A stretch of 64,000 nt of DNA from an uncultured Actinomycetes bacterium (GCA_963766295.1 CAVXYW010000001.1:735196-799195); one strand, 5' to 3'; counted from the stretch's first letter, positions 17,011 to 27,401 are shown. The notes: generated from the letters alone by a model not told the origin. Numbers and translations are program-made.

Positions 17011-19325
17011 CAGAAACCAAACAAGAAACGATCACGATCACGGTCGATGGCAAGGAGATCGGATGCGAACCCGGTGAACTCCTGATCGAGGTCGCCAAGC
17101 GCGCGGGGATCTACATCCCCTACTTCTGTTACCACCCGCGCATGGATCCGGTCGGTGCGTGCCGCATGTGCCTGATCAACCTGCAACCGGGACCGCCAAA
17201 GCCGCAGACCGCATGCACGACACGTGTTGCCGACGGGATGGTCGTCGAGACGCAGTTCGTCAACACCGAGGTGCGCGAAGCGCAGCAGGGTGTTCTCGAG
17301 TTCCTGCTGATCAACCACCCGCTCGACTGTCCGATCTGCGATCGCGGCGGGGAGTGTCCGCTGCAGGACCAGACACAGGACTACGGCGCCGCCGAATCGC
17401 GCTTCGTCGAGATGAAGCGGCGCTTCGAGAAGGCCGTGCCGATCTCTCCGTTGATCAGGCTCGATCGGGAGCGCTGCATCCTCTGTTACCGCTGCACTCG
17501 TTTCTGCGAGGAGCTTTCCGGAGACACGCTGATCGGAGTGATGGAGCGCGGGAGTCGCGCGTACATCTTCCCGTTCGAAGGTGAAATGTTCGACTCTTAC
17601 TTCAGCGGGAACACGGTCCAGATATGTCCGGTCGGCGCATTGACGAGCAGCGAATACCGATTCCGCGCGCGTCCCTGGGACGTTCACAACGTCGCGTCGA
17701 CATGCAACCTGTGTTCCTGCGGTTGCAGCTTGAACGTCGGTGTTCGCGTTCAGGACGGCAACGTCGTTCGGTTCTCCGCGGCCGTTAATGAGGACACGAA
17801 CGAGGAGTGGCTGTGTGACAAGGGCCGCTACGCGAACGCCTACATCTCCTCGGCGGACCGGCTGACGCAGCCACTCGTTCGGCGCGACGGTGAGCTCTAC
17901 GCGGTGTCCTGGAACGAGGCCTTCGAGAAACTGGCCGAGGGCTTGGGCCCCGTCGTCAACGGCGATGGACAGGCCGGCGTGATCGTTGGCGGGTCACTGT
18001 GCGACGAAGACGCATTCGTGGCTCAGAAGTTCGCTCGTGAAGCGCTCGGTACGAACAACATCGACCACCGGCTCGAACCCGGCATGAGCGCCGATGCACT
18101 GGTTACTCCGGGTCTCACGTATGACGACGTGCTCGGTGCCGACGTTGTCGCGCTCGTCGGCTGCGACGCGCGCGAGGAGCTACCCATCCTCTTCTTGCGT
18201 TTGCGGATCGCTGCTACAAAGCGCGGGTTGCGCACCGTGATCGTCCACCCGCGCGAAGTGGCGCTGACCGAGTACGCCGACGTGTTCGTTCAGCCGCTCC
18301 CGGGAACCGAGGCGGCACTCGAGCCCGGAGATCTCGAGAAGGTCACGAAGGTTTTGTCCGACGCAAAGGATGCAGTCGTTCTCCTCGGCCCCCGTATGTG
18401 CACTCCCGACATCGTCGCCGCTTGGGGATCGGTTGCATCCAGCGCCCGTGCTCGTTTCGGCTGGCTGCCGCGTCGCGCCGGGGAGTACGGCGCGCTGGCG
18501 GCGGGAGCCCACCCCGAGCTCCTTCCCGGGTGGAAGCCCGCAACGGATAAAGGATTGGCTACCCCCGGCATGCTCCGGGCCGCGGCCGATGGCAATCTGC
18601 ACGCGCTGTGGCTTGTCGGCGCCGACGTTATCGCCGACGTTCCCGAGCCGGGGCTCGGTCAGGCTGCACTGGAGAAGGTTCCTTTCCTGGTCGTCCAAGA
18701 CGTGCAGTGGTCGCCGCTGCTCGAGCACGCCGACGTCGTTCTACCGGGCGCGACCTTCGTCGAGCGCGATGGAACGCTGACCGATTGGGAAGGGCGCCGG
18801 CAGGAAGTGCATGCGGCCGTTGATCCACCTGGAGCGGCGCGGGCCGACTACGCGATCCTGGCGGAAACGGCCCGCCGTCTCGGAAAGCCGATCGGCTGTC
18901 GAACGATCACGGACGTCAGAAAAGAACTTGATGCGGTGTTGGGGAACTCAAGCGGTGCTCAAGTGTCGCAAAGCAAAACTGAAACAAACACCAACACCTC
19001 ATCCCTGGATGGTGGCGTAAGGCTCCTCACCTACCGGCTTCTCTACGACGACGGTTCCCGCATGCGCGACACCGCCGGTCTGCGCGAGTTAACCGCCGGC
19101 GCCTTCGTTGAACTGAATCCGGCCGATGCCGAACGCGCGGGAGTGGAGGACGGACAAAACGTATTGGTTTCGTCCGCCCACGGATCGTTAAAGGTGCGTG
19201 CACAGATCTCCAAAGGCATCCGCGAAGGCGTCGCTTTCGTTCCGTGGTCCCAGTGGGGAGAGTCCGCGCAGGCACTTGTCTCCTGGGACGACCTGAATCC
19301 GGCCATCACTGTGGAGCCCGACTAG
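17007..19325 (+). CDS. nuoG: NADH-quinone oxidoreductase subunit G
   Basis: FCYHP..GACRMC, HPLDCPICDRGGEC, CILCYRC, CPVGAL and the N7 motif CNLCSCGC...LCDKGR. Confidence 0.95.
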   Translation: MTETKQETITITVDGKEIGCEPGELLIEVAKRAGIYIPYFCYHPRMDPVGACRMCLINLQPGPPKPQTACTTRVADGMVVETQFVNTEVREAQQGVLEFLLINHPLDCPICDRGGECPLQDQTQDYGAAESRFVEMKRRFEKAVPISPLIRLDRERCILCYRCTRFCEELSGDTLIGVMERGSRAYIFPFEGEMFDSYFSGNTVQICPVGALTSSEYRFRARPWDVHNVASTCNLCSCGCSLNVGVRVQDGNVVRFSAAVNEDTNEEWLCDKGRYANAYISSADRLTQPLVRRDGELYAVSWNEAFEKLAEGLGPVVNGDGQAGVIVGGSLCDEDAFVAQKFAREALGTNNIDHRLEPGMSADALVTPGLTYDDVLGADVVALVGCDAREELPILFLRLRIAATKRGLRTVIVHPREVALTEYADVFVQPLPGTEAALEPGDLEKVTKVLSDAKDAVVLLGPRMCTPDIVAAWGSVASSARARFGWLPRRAGEYGALAAGAHPELLPGWKPATDKGLATPGMLRAAADGNLHALWLVGADVIADVPEPGLGQAALEKVPFLVVQDVQWSPLLEHADVVLPGATFVERDGTLTDWEGRRQEVHAAVDPPGAARADYAILAETARRLGKPIGCRTITDVRKELDAVLGNSSGAQVSQSKTETNTNTSSLDGGVRLLTYRLLYDDGSRMRDTAGLRELTAGAFVELNPADAERAGVEDGQNVLVSSAHGSLKVRAQISKGIREGVAFVPWSQWGESAQALVSWDDLNPAITVEPD

Positions 19326-20519
19326 ATGGACTGGATAGACATCGCGATCATCGCAGCCAAGACGATCCTCGTTTTCCTTCTCCTCAACGTATTGCTTGCG
19401 ATAGTCGTTTGGGCCGAGCGAAAGATCCTCTCGGACATGCAGTCGCGGGTCGGGCCGAACCAGGCCGGTCCGTTCGGGATCCTGCAATCGCTCGCCGACG
19501 GCGTGAAGCTGCTGATGAAGGAGGACATCCTTCCCACTGCGGCGGACAAAGTCGTCTACCGCTTGGCTCCCATCATCTCGGCCGTCCCGGCTTTCCTGGC
19601 CTTCACCGTCGTTCCCTTCGGCGACACCATCACGATCGCCGGTCGCGAAATCACTCTTCAGCTCGCAGATCTCAACGTCGGCATCCTCTTCTTCCTCGCG
19701 ATGGGCTCGATCGCCGTGTATGGCATCGCCTTGGCGGGGTGGTCTTCCGGCTCGAAGTACCCGCTTATCGGAGCGGTGCGCTCGAGCGCGCAGATGATCT
19801 CCTACGAGATCGCGATGGGATTATCCGTCGTTCCCGTGATCCTCTACGCGGGAACCATGTCCACGCGCGGAATCGTCGAAGCGCAGCACGATGCCTGGTT
19901 CATCGGCGCGCAGATCCCGGCGTTCTTGATCTTCTTGCTGGCGGGAATAGCGGAGACGAACCGCGCGCCGTTCGATCTTCCCGAAGCCGAGACCGAGTTG
20001 GTTGCCGGCTATCACACGGAATATTCCGGCATCAAATTCATGATGTTTTTCATGGCCGAGTACATGCACATCGTCACGATCTCTTCGATCGCGGTGACGC
20101 TCTTCTTTGGGGGATGGAACGGCCCACGGATCGGCTTCCTGCCGGCACTTTGGCCGGTCGTCTGGTACTTGGCGAAGGTCAGCGTGTTCATCTTCATTTT
20201 CTTCTGGATCCGCGCCTCGCTGCCGCGTCTTCGCTACGACCAGTTGATGAACATCGGGTGGAAGTTCCTGATCCCGATCGGGATGCTCTGGATACCGATC
20301 TCGGCCGCCGCACGCATCGTCGACCTCAGAAGGTGGGTCCTGTGGGTTGTCGGTGCACTCATCGGGTTGGTCATCATCGGGGTGTTCGCTCCAACCCGTG
20401 ACCAGGAGGAAGCGGAAACTTCGCCGAGCGAAGCGGAAGGTCGAGGTCGCAGCGAAGCGGAGACCCCACGTCGCAGCGAAGCGGAGACCCCACGTCGCAG
20501 CGAAGCGGAGACGCGATGA
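19326..20519 (+). CDS. nuoH: NADH-quinone oxidoreductase subunit H
   Basis: QSRVGPN, ADGVKLLMKED, RAPFDLPEAE, LPRLRYDQL; repeat-derived C-terminal tail. Confidence 0.95.
   Translation: MDWIDIAIIAAKTILVFLLLNVLLAIVVWAERKILSDMQSRVGPNQAGPFGILQSLADGVKLLMKEDILPTAADKVVYRLAPIISAVPAFLAFTVVPFGDTITIAGREITLQLADLNVGILFFLAMGSIAVYGIALAGWSSGSKYPLIGAVRSSAQMISYEIAMGLSVVPVILYAGTMSTRGIVEAQHDAWFIGAQIPAFLIFLLAGIAETNRAPFDLPEAETELVAGYHTEYSGIKFMMFFMAEYMHIVTISSIAVTLFFGGWNGPRIGFLPALWPVVWYLAKVSVFIFIFFWIRASLPRLRYDQLMNIGWKFLIPIGMLWIPISAAARIVDLRRWVLWVVGALIGLVIIGVFAPTRDQEEAETSPSEAEGRGRSEAETPRRSEAETPRRSEAETR
20447..20512 (+). repeat. 24-bp tandem repeat (about 2.7 copies) in the nuoH 3' end
   Basis: TCGCAGCGAAGCGGAGACCCCACG twice exactly plus a partial third copy; encodes RSEAETPR repeats. 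Confidence 0.9.
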
Positions 20520-21157
20520 GTCAGGTGAGACAAGGACCTATCGAGGGCGTCATCGCCGTGGCCAAAGGCATGTGGATAACGCTCAAGCACATGCTCATGC
20601 GGCCCGCCGATACGGTCGAGTTCCCGTTCGAGCGGCGCGTCCCTCCTCCGCGCATGCACGGCCGTCACATCCTCAACCGCTACCCGAACGGTATGGAGAA
20701 GTGCATCGGCTGCGAGCTGTGCGCCGGTGCGTGTCCGGCCGACGCGATCCTCGTATGGGGTGCGGAGAATCCGAAGGACAACCCGATCTCGCCCGGCGAG
20801 CGCTACGCCGCCGTGTATGAGATCAACATGCTCCGCTGCATCTTCTGTGGACTGTGCGTCGAGGCCTGTCCCACCGACGCGCTCACGATGACCTCGTTCT
20901 TCGAGTTCACCGGCAAATCGCGTAGCTCGCTCATCTACACCAAGGAGGAGCTGCTCGAGCCGCCTCCGTCGGTTGAATGGGAGAAGCTCGGTTACATCGG
21001 CGACCCGATCATCCTTTCCCAGGACGAGATGGAGCAGCCAGGGGTCGGGAGTTTGCACGGCGCCGGTGAATCCGGCGACGAAGTAGTGGATGTCCCGGTG
21101 GTGTGGCTCCCGACCGAAACCTGGCGCGCACCTTTCGAGACGAAGGAGACCCAGTGA
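20516..21157 (+). CDS. nuoI: NADH-quinone oxidoreductase subunit I
   Basis: CIGCELCAGACP and CIFCGLCVEACP. Confidence 0.95.
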   Translation: MSQVRQGPIEGVIAVAKGMWITLKHMLMRPADTVEFPFERRVPPPRMHGRHILNRYPNGMEKCIGCELCAGACPADAILVWGAENPKDNPISPGERYAAVYEINMLRCIFCGLCVEACPTDALTMTSFFEFTGKSRSSLIYTKEELLEPPPSVEWEKLGYIGDPIILSQDEMEQPGVGSLHGAGESGDEVVDVPVVWLPTETWRAPFETKETQ

Positions 21158-21657
21158 CGCTGTTCGTGGTTTTTGGCGCTCTGGCTCTCGGCGCCGGAGT
21201 GGCGATGATCCTTCAGCGCAACTCCGTGCACGCGGCCCTGCTTCTGGTGTTGAACCTGCTGGCCGTCGCGGTGCTCTTCCTGTCGCTGGGAGCCGAGTTC
21301 TTATTCGTCGCGCAGATCATCGTTTACGCCGGCGCGATCGTGATCTTGTTCCTATTCGTGATCATGTTGTTGGGTGTCGATCGCAACGAAGACCTCGCCG
21401 AACCTCGGCGCTTCCAGACGCGGCAGCTCGCGATCGGCGGCGTCGTCGCGATCGTCCTCATCGGTTCGATGGCCGGTGCGCTCGCAACGCGCACGTTGTC
21501 GTCTCCGCTCCCCGAGGCTCCTCAGGGTTTCGGCTCGGCCGAGTTCATCGGCGGCATCCTCTTCCAGAACTACTTGCTCCCCTTCGAGCTGACCGGCCTG
21601 ATCCTGCTCGTGGCCACGATCGGCATCTTGATGCTGGCCAAGCGCAAGCCGAGATGA
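21154..21657 (+). CDS. nuoJ: NADH-quinone oxidoreductase subunit J
   Basis: [26 protein letters not shown] and PFELTG motifs. Confidence 0.93.
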   Translation: MTLFVVFGALALGAGVAMILQRNSVHAALLLVLNLLAVAVLFLSLGAEFLFVAQIIVYAGAIVILFLFVIMLLGVDRNEDLAEPRRFQTRQLAIGGVVAIVLIGSMAGALATRTLSSPLPEAPQGFGSAEFIGGILFQNYLLPFELTGLILLVATIGILMLAKRKPR

Positions 21658-21658
21658 C

Positions 21659-22126
21659 GTGAGCGAACTTCCCTCTCCTCCGGAGCCAACAGTGCCGGAC
21701 GCCAAAACACCGCCGCCCGCTCAGCCGGCCGAGTCCGGTGAGCGTCGCGGGACGAACATCGTCGCTTTGGTTGCCGGGATCGCCGTCATCGTCATCATCG
21801 CGGCCATCGTTTTTCGCGGACGGACGCCGACCCCCGGCCATTACGTCGGGCTTTCGATGCTCCTGTTTGTGACGGGCGCACTCGGCGTGCTGGTGCGACG
21901 GAATGCTCTCGTGCTGTTCATGTGCGTCGAGCTCATGCTCAACGCCGTCAATGTGGCCTTCGTGGCTTTCGCGCGGATGCACGGAAACGTCGAGGGCCAC
22001 GTGATCGTGCTGTTCGTGATGATCGTGGCGGCGGCCGAGGTCGCGGTCGGCTTGGCCATCATCGTGTCGATCTTCCGGCGTCGCCACAGCGCCAACGTCG
22101 ACGATCTATCGATGCTCCAAGGCTGA
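21659..22126 (+). CDS. nuoK: NADH-quinone oxidoreductase subunit K with N-terminal extension
   Basis: [19 protein letters not shown] and [10 protein letters not shown]; about 55 extra N-terminal residues including a TM. Confidence 0.9.
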   Translation: MSELPSPPEPTVPDAKTPPPAQPAESGERRGTNIVALVAGIAVIVIIAAIVFRGRTPTPGHYVGLSMLLFVTGALGVLVRRNALVLFMCVELMLNAVNVAFVAFARMHGNVEGHVIVLFVMIVAAAEVAVGLAIIVSIFRRRHSANVDDLSMLQG

Positions 22127-22128
22127 GC

Positions 22129-24009
22129 ATGAACGTCACCTGGTTGATCCTCGCGGCGCCGCTCGCCGGTGCACTGATCCTTCTTACTTCGGGACGCCGC
22201 GTTGGTCGTTCGTCCGGCGTCCTTGCATCGGTAGCCATCGCCGTCGCGTTCGCGGCCGCGGCGATATCTGCGCTTTGGCTCGTGGGGCTGGATGAAGGCG
22301 GACGATCGTCGCAGGTTCACCTGTTCACGTGGGCACAGATCGGTCCCGTCGATATCGGAGCGGACCTGCGCTGGGACCCGCTTGCCGCCGTGATGGCCCT
22401 AACGATCACCGGCGTCGGATTCCTGATCCACGTGTACTCGATCAGCTACATGCACGACGACCCGCGTTTCCCGCGGTTCTTCGCGTACCTGAACCTCTTC
22501 GTCTTCTCGATGCTCCTTCTCGTTCTCGCCGACAACCTCTTGCTGCTCTACGCCGGCTGGGAGCTCGTCGGCCTTTGCTCGTATCTGCTTATCGGCTTCT
22601 GGTTCGAGAAGCCGTCCGCGGCGACAGCGGCGAAGAAGGCGTTCATCACGACGCGTATCGGCGATACCGGGATGCTCATCGGTCTGTTCGTCCTGTTCGC
22701 TGCCGTTGGGTCTTTCCAGATCCCGGAGATCAATCGCGCGGCAGCGGAAGGCGGACTCGCATCCGGAACCGCAACCGCCGCCGCGCTCCTCCTTTTTGCC
22801 GGAGCCGTTGGAAAGTCCGCGCAGCTTCCTTTGTATGTGTGGCTGCCCGATGCGATGGAAGGCCCTACGCCGGTTTCGGCACTCATCCACGCGGCGACGA
22901 TGGTCACGGCCGGCGTCTATCTGGTCGTGCGCCTCAATCCGTTGTTCGAGTTCTCGGAGGTTGCCGGCACCGTCGTCGCCGTGGTCGGTGTTGCGACGGC
23001 GTTGTACGCGGCGATCCTGGCCATGGCCGAGGACGACATCAAACGCGTCCTCGCCTACTCGACGATCAGCCAGCTCGGGTTCATGTTCCTGGCGGCCGGC
23101 GTCGGCGCATACGGCGGAGCCATGTTCCATCTCGTGACCCACGCCTTCTTCAAGGCTCTGCTTTTCCTCGGCGCCGGTTCGGTGATGCACGCGCTCGGCG
23201 GCGAGACTGCACTCGATCGGATGGGCGGCTTGCGCAAAGCGATCCCACGGACCTTCGCGGTGATGTTCGTCGGCTGGGGAGCGATCACCGGACTGCTTCC
23301 GTTCTCCGGTTTCTTCTCCAAGGACGCGATCATGGCCTCGGTTTGGACGGAAGGACACACCGTCCTGTTTGCAGTCGCCGCGATCGCCGCTTTGTGCACC
23401 GCGTTCTACATGACGCGACTTCTCGTACTTGCGTTCTTCGGCAAACAGCGATGGTCGGAAGGCACGCACCCTCACGAGTCGCCGTCGACGATGGTGTTGC
23501 CGATGGCGGTCCTTGCCGTTCTGGCCGTCATAGGATTCGTGCTCAATCTTCCCGGCGAGCTGCCTCGAGCCGCGATGCTCGATCACTTCCTGGCCCCAGT
23601 GATCGGGGAAGTGCACCACGAAGAGCCCGTCGGGGTGCTCATCGTAATGTGGGCTCTCGCCGCCGTTGGTGTTCTGGCCGCCTTCGCCATATACGGAAGC
23701 GATCTCGAACGTCGCGAGGCTGTGCGCAAGCGTCTCGGTCCGGTTAACACGCTCGTCCGGCAGAAGTTCTTCGTGGACGAGATCTATGCCACGGTCATCG
23801 TCGCGCCGGTCCAGTTACTTGCCTCGTTCCTCGCCGGTGTTTTTGACCGCTACGTGATCGACGGCGCGGTGAACGGGGCCGGCACTCTGATCACCCGCGC
23901 CGCAGGACGTCTGCGCGGGCTCCAAACCGGCTTCGTACGCAACTATGCAGTCGGCATTTTCGGCGGCGCAGCGGTGATCATCCTCTACGCGGTCTTGAGG
24001 GCAGGTTGA
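22129..24009 (+). CDS. nuoL: NADH-quinone oxidoreductase subunit L
   Basis: GWELVGLCSYLLIGFW, GKSAQLPLYVWLPDAMEGPTPVSALIHAATMV, HAFFKALLFL. Confidence 0.95.
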   Translation: MNVTWLILAAPLAGALILLTSGRRVGRSSGVLASVAIAVAFAAAAISALWLVGLDEGGRSSQVHLFTWAQIGPVDIGADLRWDPLAAVMALTITGVGFLIHVYSISYMHDDPRFPRFFAYLNLFVFSMLLLVLADNLLLLYAGWELVGLCSYLLIGFWFEKPSAATAAKKAFITTRIGDTGMLIGLFVLFAAVGSFQIPEINRAAAEGGLASGTATAAALLLFAGAVGKSAQLPLYVWLPDAMEGPTPVSALIHAATMVTAGVYLVVRLNPLFEFSEVAGTVVAVVGVATALYAAILAMAEDDIKRVLAYSTISQLGFMFLAAGVGAYGGAMFHLVTHAFFKALLFLGAGSVMHALGGETALDRMGGLRKAIPRTFAVMFVGWGAITGLLPFSGFFSKDAIMASVWTEGHTVLFAVAAIAALCTAFYMTRLLVLAFFGKQRWSEGTHPHESPSTMVLPMAVLAVLAVIGFVLNLPGELPRAAMLDHFLAPVIGEVHHEEPVGVLIVMWALAAVGVLAAFAIYGSDLERREAVRKRLGPVNTLVRQKFFVDEIYATVIVAPVQLLASFLAGVFDRYVIDGAVNGAGTLITRAAGRLRGLQTGFVRNYAVGIFGGAAVIILYAVLRAG

Positions 24010-25499
24010 TGGACAAGATCCCCTGGCTCAGCCTCCTGCTTTTCATCCCGCTTGCGGGAGCGATCCTTGCTGCGCTTGCTCCGAGGCGCGACGATCTCTT
24101 GAAGAGGATCGGTCTCGTCGTTTCGCTTGCGACGTTCGGCGTTTCACTTGTTGTCTTCGCGAAGTTCGAAGTTGGTAACGCCGGCTTCCAGCTCGTCGAA
24201 CGACTGACGTGGGTGCCCGGCTGGGGGATCGACTACTACCTCGGTATCGATGGGATCTCTCTTCTGCTCGTTGTTCTGACGGCACTGCTGTTCCCGATCT
24301 GTTTTCTCGCGTCGAGCAGCGTCAACAAGCGGGTCAAGGAGTACGTGATCGCTTTGTTGATCACCGAGCTCGCGATCCTCGGCGTGTTCATGGCGCTGGA
24401 CATGATCTTGTTCTACGTCTTCTGGGAAGCCGTGCTGATCCCCATGTACCTGTTGATCGGGATCTGGGGGTACGAGCGGCGCATCTACGCGACGATCAAG
24501 TTCTTCATATACACACTTGCCGGCGGACTGCTGATGCTGGTTGGGATCGTCGTGATGCACATCGCGGTGCGCGGCACAGGCGAGGTGACCTTCTCTTACG
24601 TCGATTTTCTCGAGCTCGCTCCGCAGCTCGCGCTCGGCACCCAAGCGTGGATCTTCGCGGCCCTCGCCGTCGCGTTCGCGATCAAGGTGCCGATTTTCCC
24701 GTTCCACACTTGGCTGCCTGACGCGCACACCGAAGCGCCGACGGCGGGCTCGGTCATCCTGGCCGGCGTCTTGCTGAAGATGGGGACGTACGGGTTCATC
24801 CGCTTCTCGCTTCCGCTCTTCCCCGAGATCGCACGGGAGGCGGCGCCGTACATGATGGCCGCGGCGGTCGTGGGCATCTTGTACGGCGCCGCCGTCTCAG
24901 CGGTGCAATCCGACTTGAAGCGCCTCGTCGCGTATTCATCGGTCAGCCATCTCGGCTTCGTCCTGCTCGGGCTGTTCGCGTTCACGCTCCAGGGAGCCCA
25001 GGGATCGATGCTCCAGATGGTCAACCACGGTCTGTCCACCGGTGCCCTCTTCCTTCTTGTGGGGATGCTCTATGAACGACGACACACAAGGGCCATCGAA
25101 GACTTCGGCGGCATCGGATCCGTCGCCCCCGTCTATTCCGGTGTCTTCCTTATCGTTGCGCTTTCGTCGCTCGGTCTTCCCGGATTGAACGGATTCGTCG
25201 GTGAGTTCTTCATCCTGTCCGGCGCGTTCCAAGCCAATCGCCTCGCCGCGATCCTCGGCGCCGGCGGTGTCGTCGGCGCAGCCCTCTATCTCCTCTGGGC
25301 ATATCAGCGGACGTTCCACGGACCGATCACTTCGGATTCCAACCGTGCCTTCAAGGACCTCACGACGCGCGAGCGTGTGCTGCTCGCTCCGCTGCTCATC
25401 CTCATCTTGCTGATCGGTGTGTGGCCGCAGCCTTTCCTGGAGCGGATGGAGCCCGCGGTAGCCAAGACCCTCTCCGCTTTGGTGGGAGGTGGTCCGTAG
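24009..25499 (+). CDS. nuoM: NADH-quinone oxidoreductase subunit M
   Basis: GIDGIS, FWEAVLIPMY, KVPIFPFHTWLPDAHTEAPT, AYSSVSHLG. Confidence 0.95.
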   Translation: MDKIPWLSLLLFIPLAGAILAALAPRRDDLLKRIGLVVSLATFGVSLVVFAKFEVGNAGFQLVERLTWVPGWGIDYYLGIDGISLLLVVLTALLFPICFLASSSVNKRVKEYVIALLITELAILGVFMALDMILFYVFWEAVLIPMYLLIGIWGYERRIYATIKFFIYTLAGGLLMLVGIVVMHIAVRGTGEVTFSYVDFLELAPQLALGTQAWIFAALAVAFAIKVPIFPFHTWLPDAHTEAPTAGSVILAGVLLKMGTYGFIRFSLPLFPEIAREAAPYMMAAAVVGILYGAAVSAVQSDLKRLVAYSSVSHLGFVLLGLFAFTLQGAQGSMLQMVNHGLSTGALFLLVGMLYERRHTRAIEDFGGIGSVAPVYSGVFLIVALSSLGLPGLNGFVGEFFILSGAFQANRLAAILGAGGVVGAALYLLWAYQRTFHGPITSDSNRAFKDLTTRERVLLAPLLILILLIGVWPQPFLERMEPAVAKTLSALVGGGP

Positions 25500-26951
25500 A
25501 TGCCGGGAACAGAAGCCTGGACGGTCCTCCTTCCGGAACTAGTGATCGTCGGCGCGGCGATCCTCCTTCTTCTCGTCGATGCCGCAGTACCTCAGTCGCG
25601 CGGTCCTCATCTGGCGGGCATCACTCTCGTCGCGCTAGTCGTCGCTGCCGTTCTCGCGTTCGATCAATGGGGAGCTGACGCGCAGCTCGCGCTGGGCGGG
25701 ATGGTCGTTTCCGACTCGTTCGGCGTTTTCGCTCGTTGGGTGATCCTCGGTGCCGGTGCGCTGGCCACGCTCACCGCTCCCGGCTATCTGAAGCCGCGCA
25801 ATCTCGACCGCGCCGAGTTCTACGCGCTGCTCCTTTTATCCACGACGGGGATGACGTTGCTCGCCGTCTCGAGCGACCTCGTCATGGTCTTCATCTCGAT
25901 CGAGCTTCTGTCATTGGCTCTCTACGTCATGGCGGGTTTCGAGCGTGGAAGGCTCGAGGCGCAGGAAGCGTCCATGAAGTACTTCCTTCTCGGCGCTTTC
26001 GCATCGGCTTTCCTTCTTTACGGAATCGCATTCATCTTCGGAGGCACCGGTACCACAAACCTCTTGCGGATCCGCGCGATCGCTTCGGTCGGTGGGCTAG
26101 ACGACTTCCGCCTTGCCGGGGTTGCCGTTGCGTTGCTGGCCGTGGGTCTCGGCTTCAAGGCGGCGATGGTTCCGTTCCACATGTGGACGCCCGACGCTTA
26201 TCAGGGCGCCCCCACACCGGTGACGGCGTTCATGGCCGGTGCTACGAAGGCTGCCGCTTTCGCGGCGTTGATCCGCGTGCTCGTGTTGTCGCTTCCGGCT
26301 CTTCGCTGGGACTGGCAGCCGGCGTTCGCCGGCCTAACCGTTCTGACGATCATCTTCGCGTCCATCGTTGCCGTGGCGCAGACCGACGTGAAACGCATGC
26401 TGGCTTATTCGTCCATATCTCATGCCGGGTTCGTCGGTATCGCGGTCGTGGCCGCCAGCCGGAGTGGTGTGGCTGCGGCGCTTCTGTACCTGCTCATCTA
26501 CACGGCCATGACGGTCGGAGCCTTCGGCAGCGTGATGCTCTTCCGCGAAGGCGCCTCGGAGCGGGTGCACATTTCGAAGTACTCCGGGCTCGGCGTCAAG
26601 CGGCCGGCAGCCGCTGCGTTGTTCGCTTTCTTCTTGTTCTCGATGGCCGGGATCCCGCCGACCGGCGGCTTCTGGGCCAAGTGGTACGTGTTCTTTGCCG
26701 CCATCCGCGCCGACCAGGCCTGGCTCCCGATCGTTGCCGTCGTCGGAAGTGTGATCGCCGCGTTCTTCTACATCCGAGTTGCCGTCGTGATGTTCATGCA
26801 AGACCCGCCAGAGGGCGACGACATGCCGCTCGATCCCTCTCCCGGACTGCGCGCGGCCATCGCGATCTCTGCGCTCGTCGTGGTCGCTACGGGCGTCGCG
26901 CCCGGTTTCTTCCTGTCGCTGGCAGAGAAGGCGACGGCCTTCGGGCCGTAG
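25500..26951 (+). CDS. nuoN: NADH-quinone oxidoreductase subunit N
   Basis: EASMKYFLLG, FKAAMVPFHMWTPDAYQGAPT, KRMLAYSSISHAG. Confidence 0.95.
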   Translation: MPGTEAWTVLLPELVIVGAAILLLLVDAAVPQSRGPHLAGITLVALVVAAVLAFDQWGADAQLALGGMVVSDSFGVFARWVILGAGALATLTAPGYLKPRNLDRAEFYALLLLSTTGMTLLAVSSDLVMVFISIELLSLALYVMAGFERGRLEAQEASMKYFLLGAFASAFLLYGIAFIFGGTGTTNLLRIRAIASVGGLDDFRLAGVAVALLAVGLGFKAAMVPFHMWTPDAYQGAPTPVTAFMAGATKAAAFAALIRVLVLSLPALRWDWQPAFAGLTVLTIIFASIVAVAQTDVKRMLAYSSISHAGFVGIAVVAASRSGVAAALLYLLIYTAMTVGAFGSVMLFREGASERVHISKYSGLGVKRPAAAALFAFFLFSMAGIPPTGGFWAKWYVFFAAIRADQAWLPIVAVVGSVIAAFFYIRVAVVMFMQDPPEGDDMPLDPSPGLRAAIAISALVVVATGVAPGFFLSLAEKATAFGP

Positions 26952-26991
26952 GCGCTAGCATGACCCGCGCCTGGCCTGTCGCCGGGCGGAG

Positions 26992-27014
26992 TAAGATTGA
27001 GAAAACGTTCACAA
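26992..27014 (+). promoter_or_regulatory. -10 box plus Rex/CRP-type operator upstream of nuo operon 2
   Basis: TAAGAT (26992-26997) overlapping TTGAGAAAACGTTCACAA (26997-27014), one mismatch to the Rex consensus; weak -35. Confidence 0.65.
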
Positions 27015-27030
27015 GCTGGCGGGAGTGGCG

Positions 27031-27396
27031 GTGACCGACTACTACGTGAGCTACGCGGCCGTCGCCCTTCTAGCCGTCGTCATCCTCCTGTTCGGTGTCG
27101 GGACCTTCGTCGCCTGGCGCCTACTTCGCCCGCAGCGCCCGAACTGGGAAAAGCTGTCGATCTACGAGTGCGGGATCGACGCCGTCGGAGAATCCTGGAA
27201 GCAACCCAACGTCCGCTATTACATCTTCGCTTTCCTCTTCGTCGTGTTCGACGTCGAGGCTCTCTTTCTCTTCCCGTGGGCCGTGACCTACGAGCAACTG
27301 GGCCTATTCGCCGTCGTCGAGATGATCCTGTTCGTAGTCATCCTGTTCTTCGGTTTGGCGTATGCCTGGGGCCGCAAGGTTCTCGAGTGGGCGTGA
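27031..27396 (+). CDS. nuoA: Complex I-like subunit A, second copy
   Basis: IYECGIDAVG, RYYIFAFLFVVFDVE; start GTG 27031 or 27025. Confidence 0.92.
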   Translation: MTDYYVSYAAVALLAVVILLFGVGTFVAWRLLRPQRPNWEKLSIYECGIDAVGESWKQPNVRYYIFAFLFVVFDVEALFLFPWAVTYEQLGLFAVVEMILFVVILFFGLAYAWGRKVLEWA

Positions 27397-27401
27397 TCTA
27401 G

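Noticed and set aside
20447-20512. 24-bp repeats as a CRISPR array
   Set aside because: Units are contiguous with no spacers, in frame within nuoH, and no cas genes are present.
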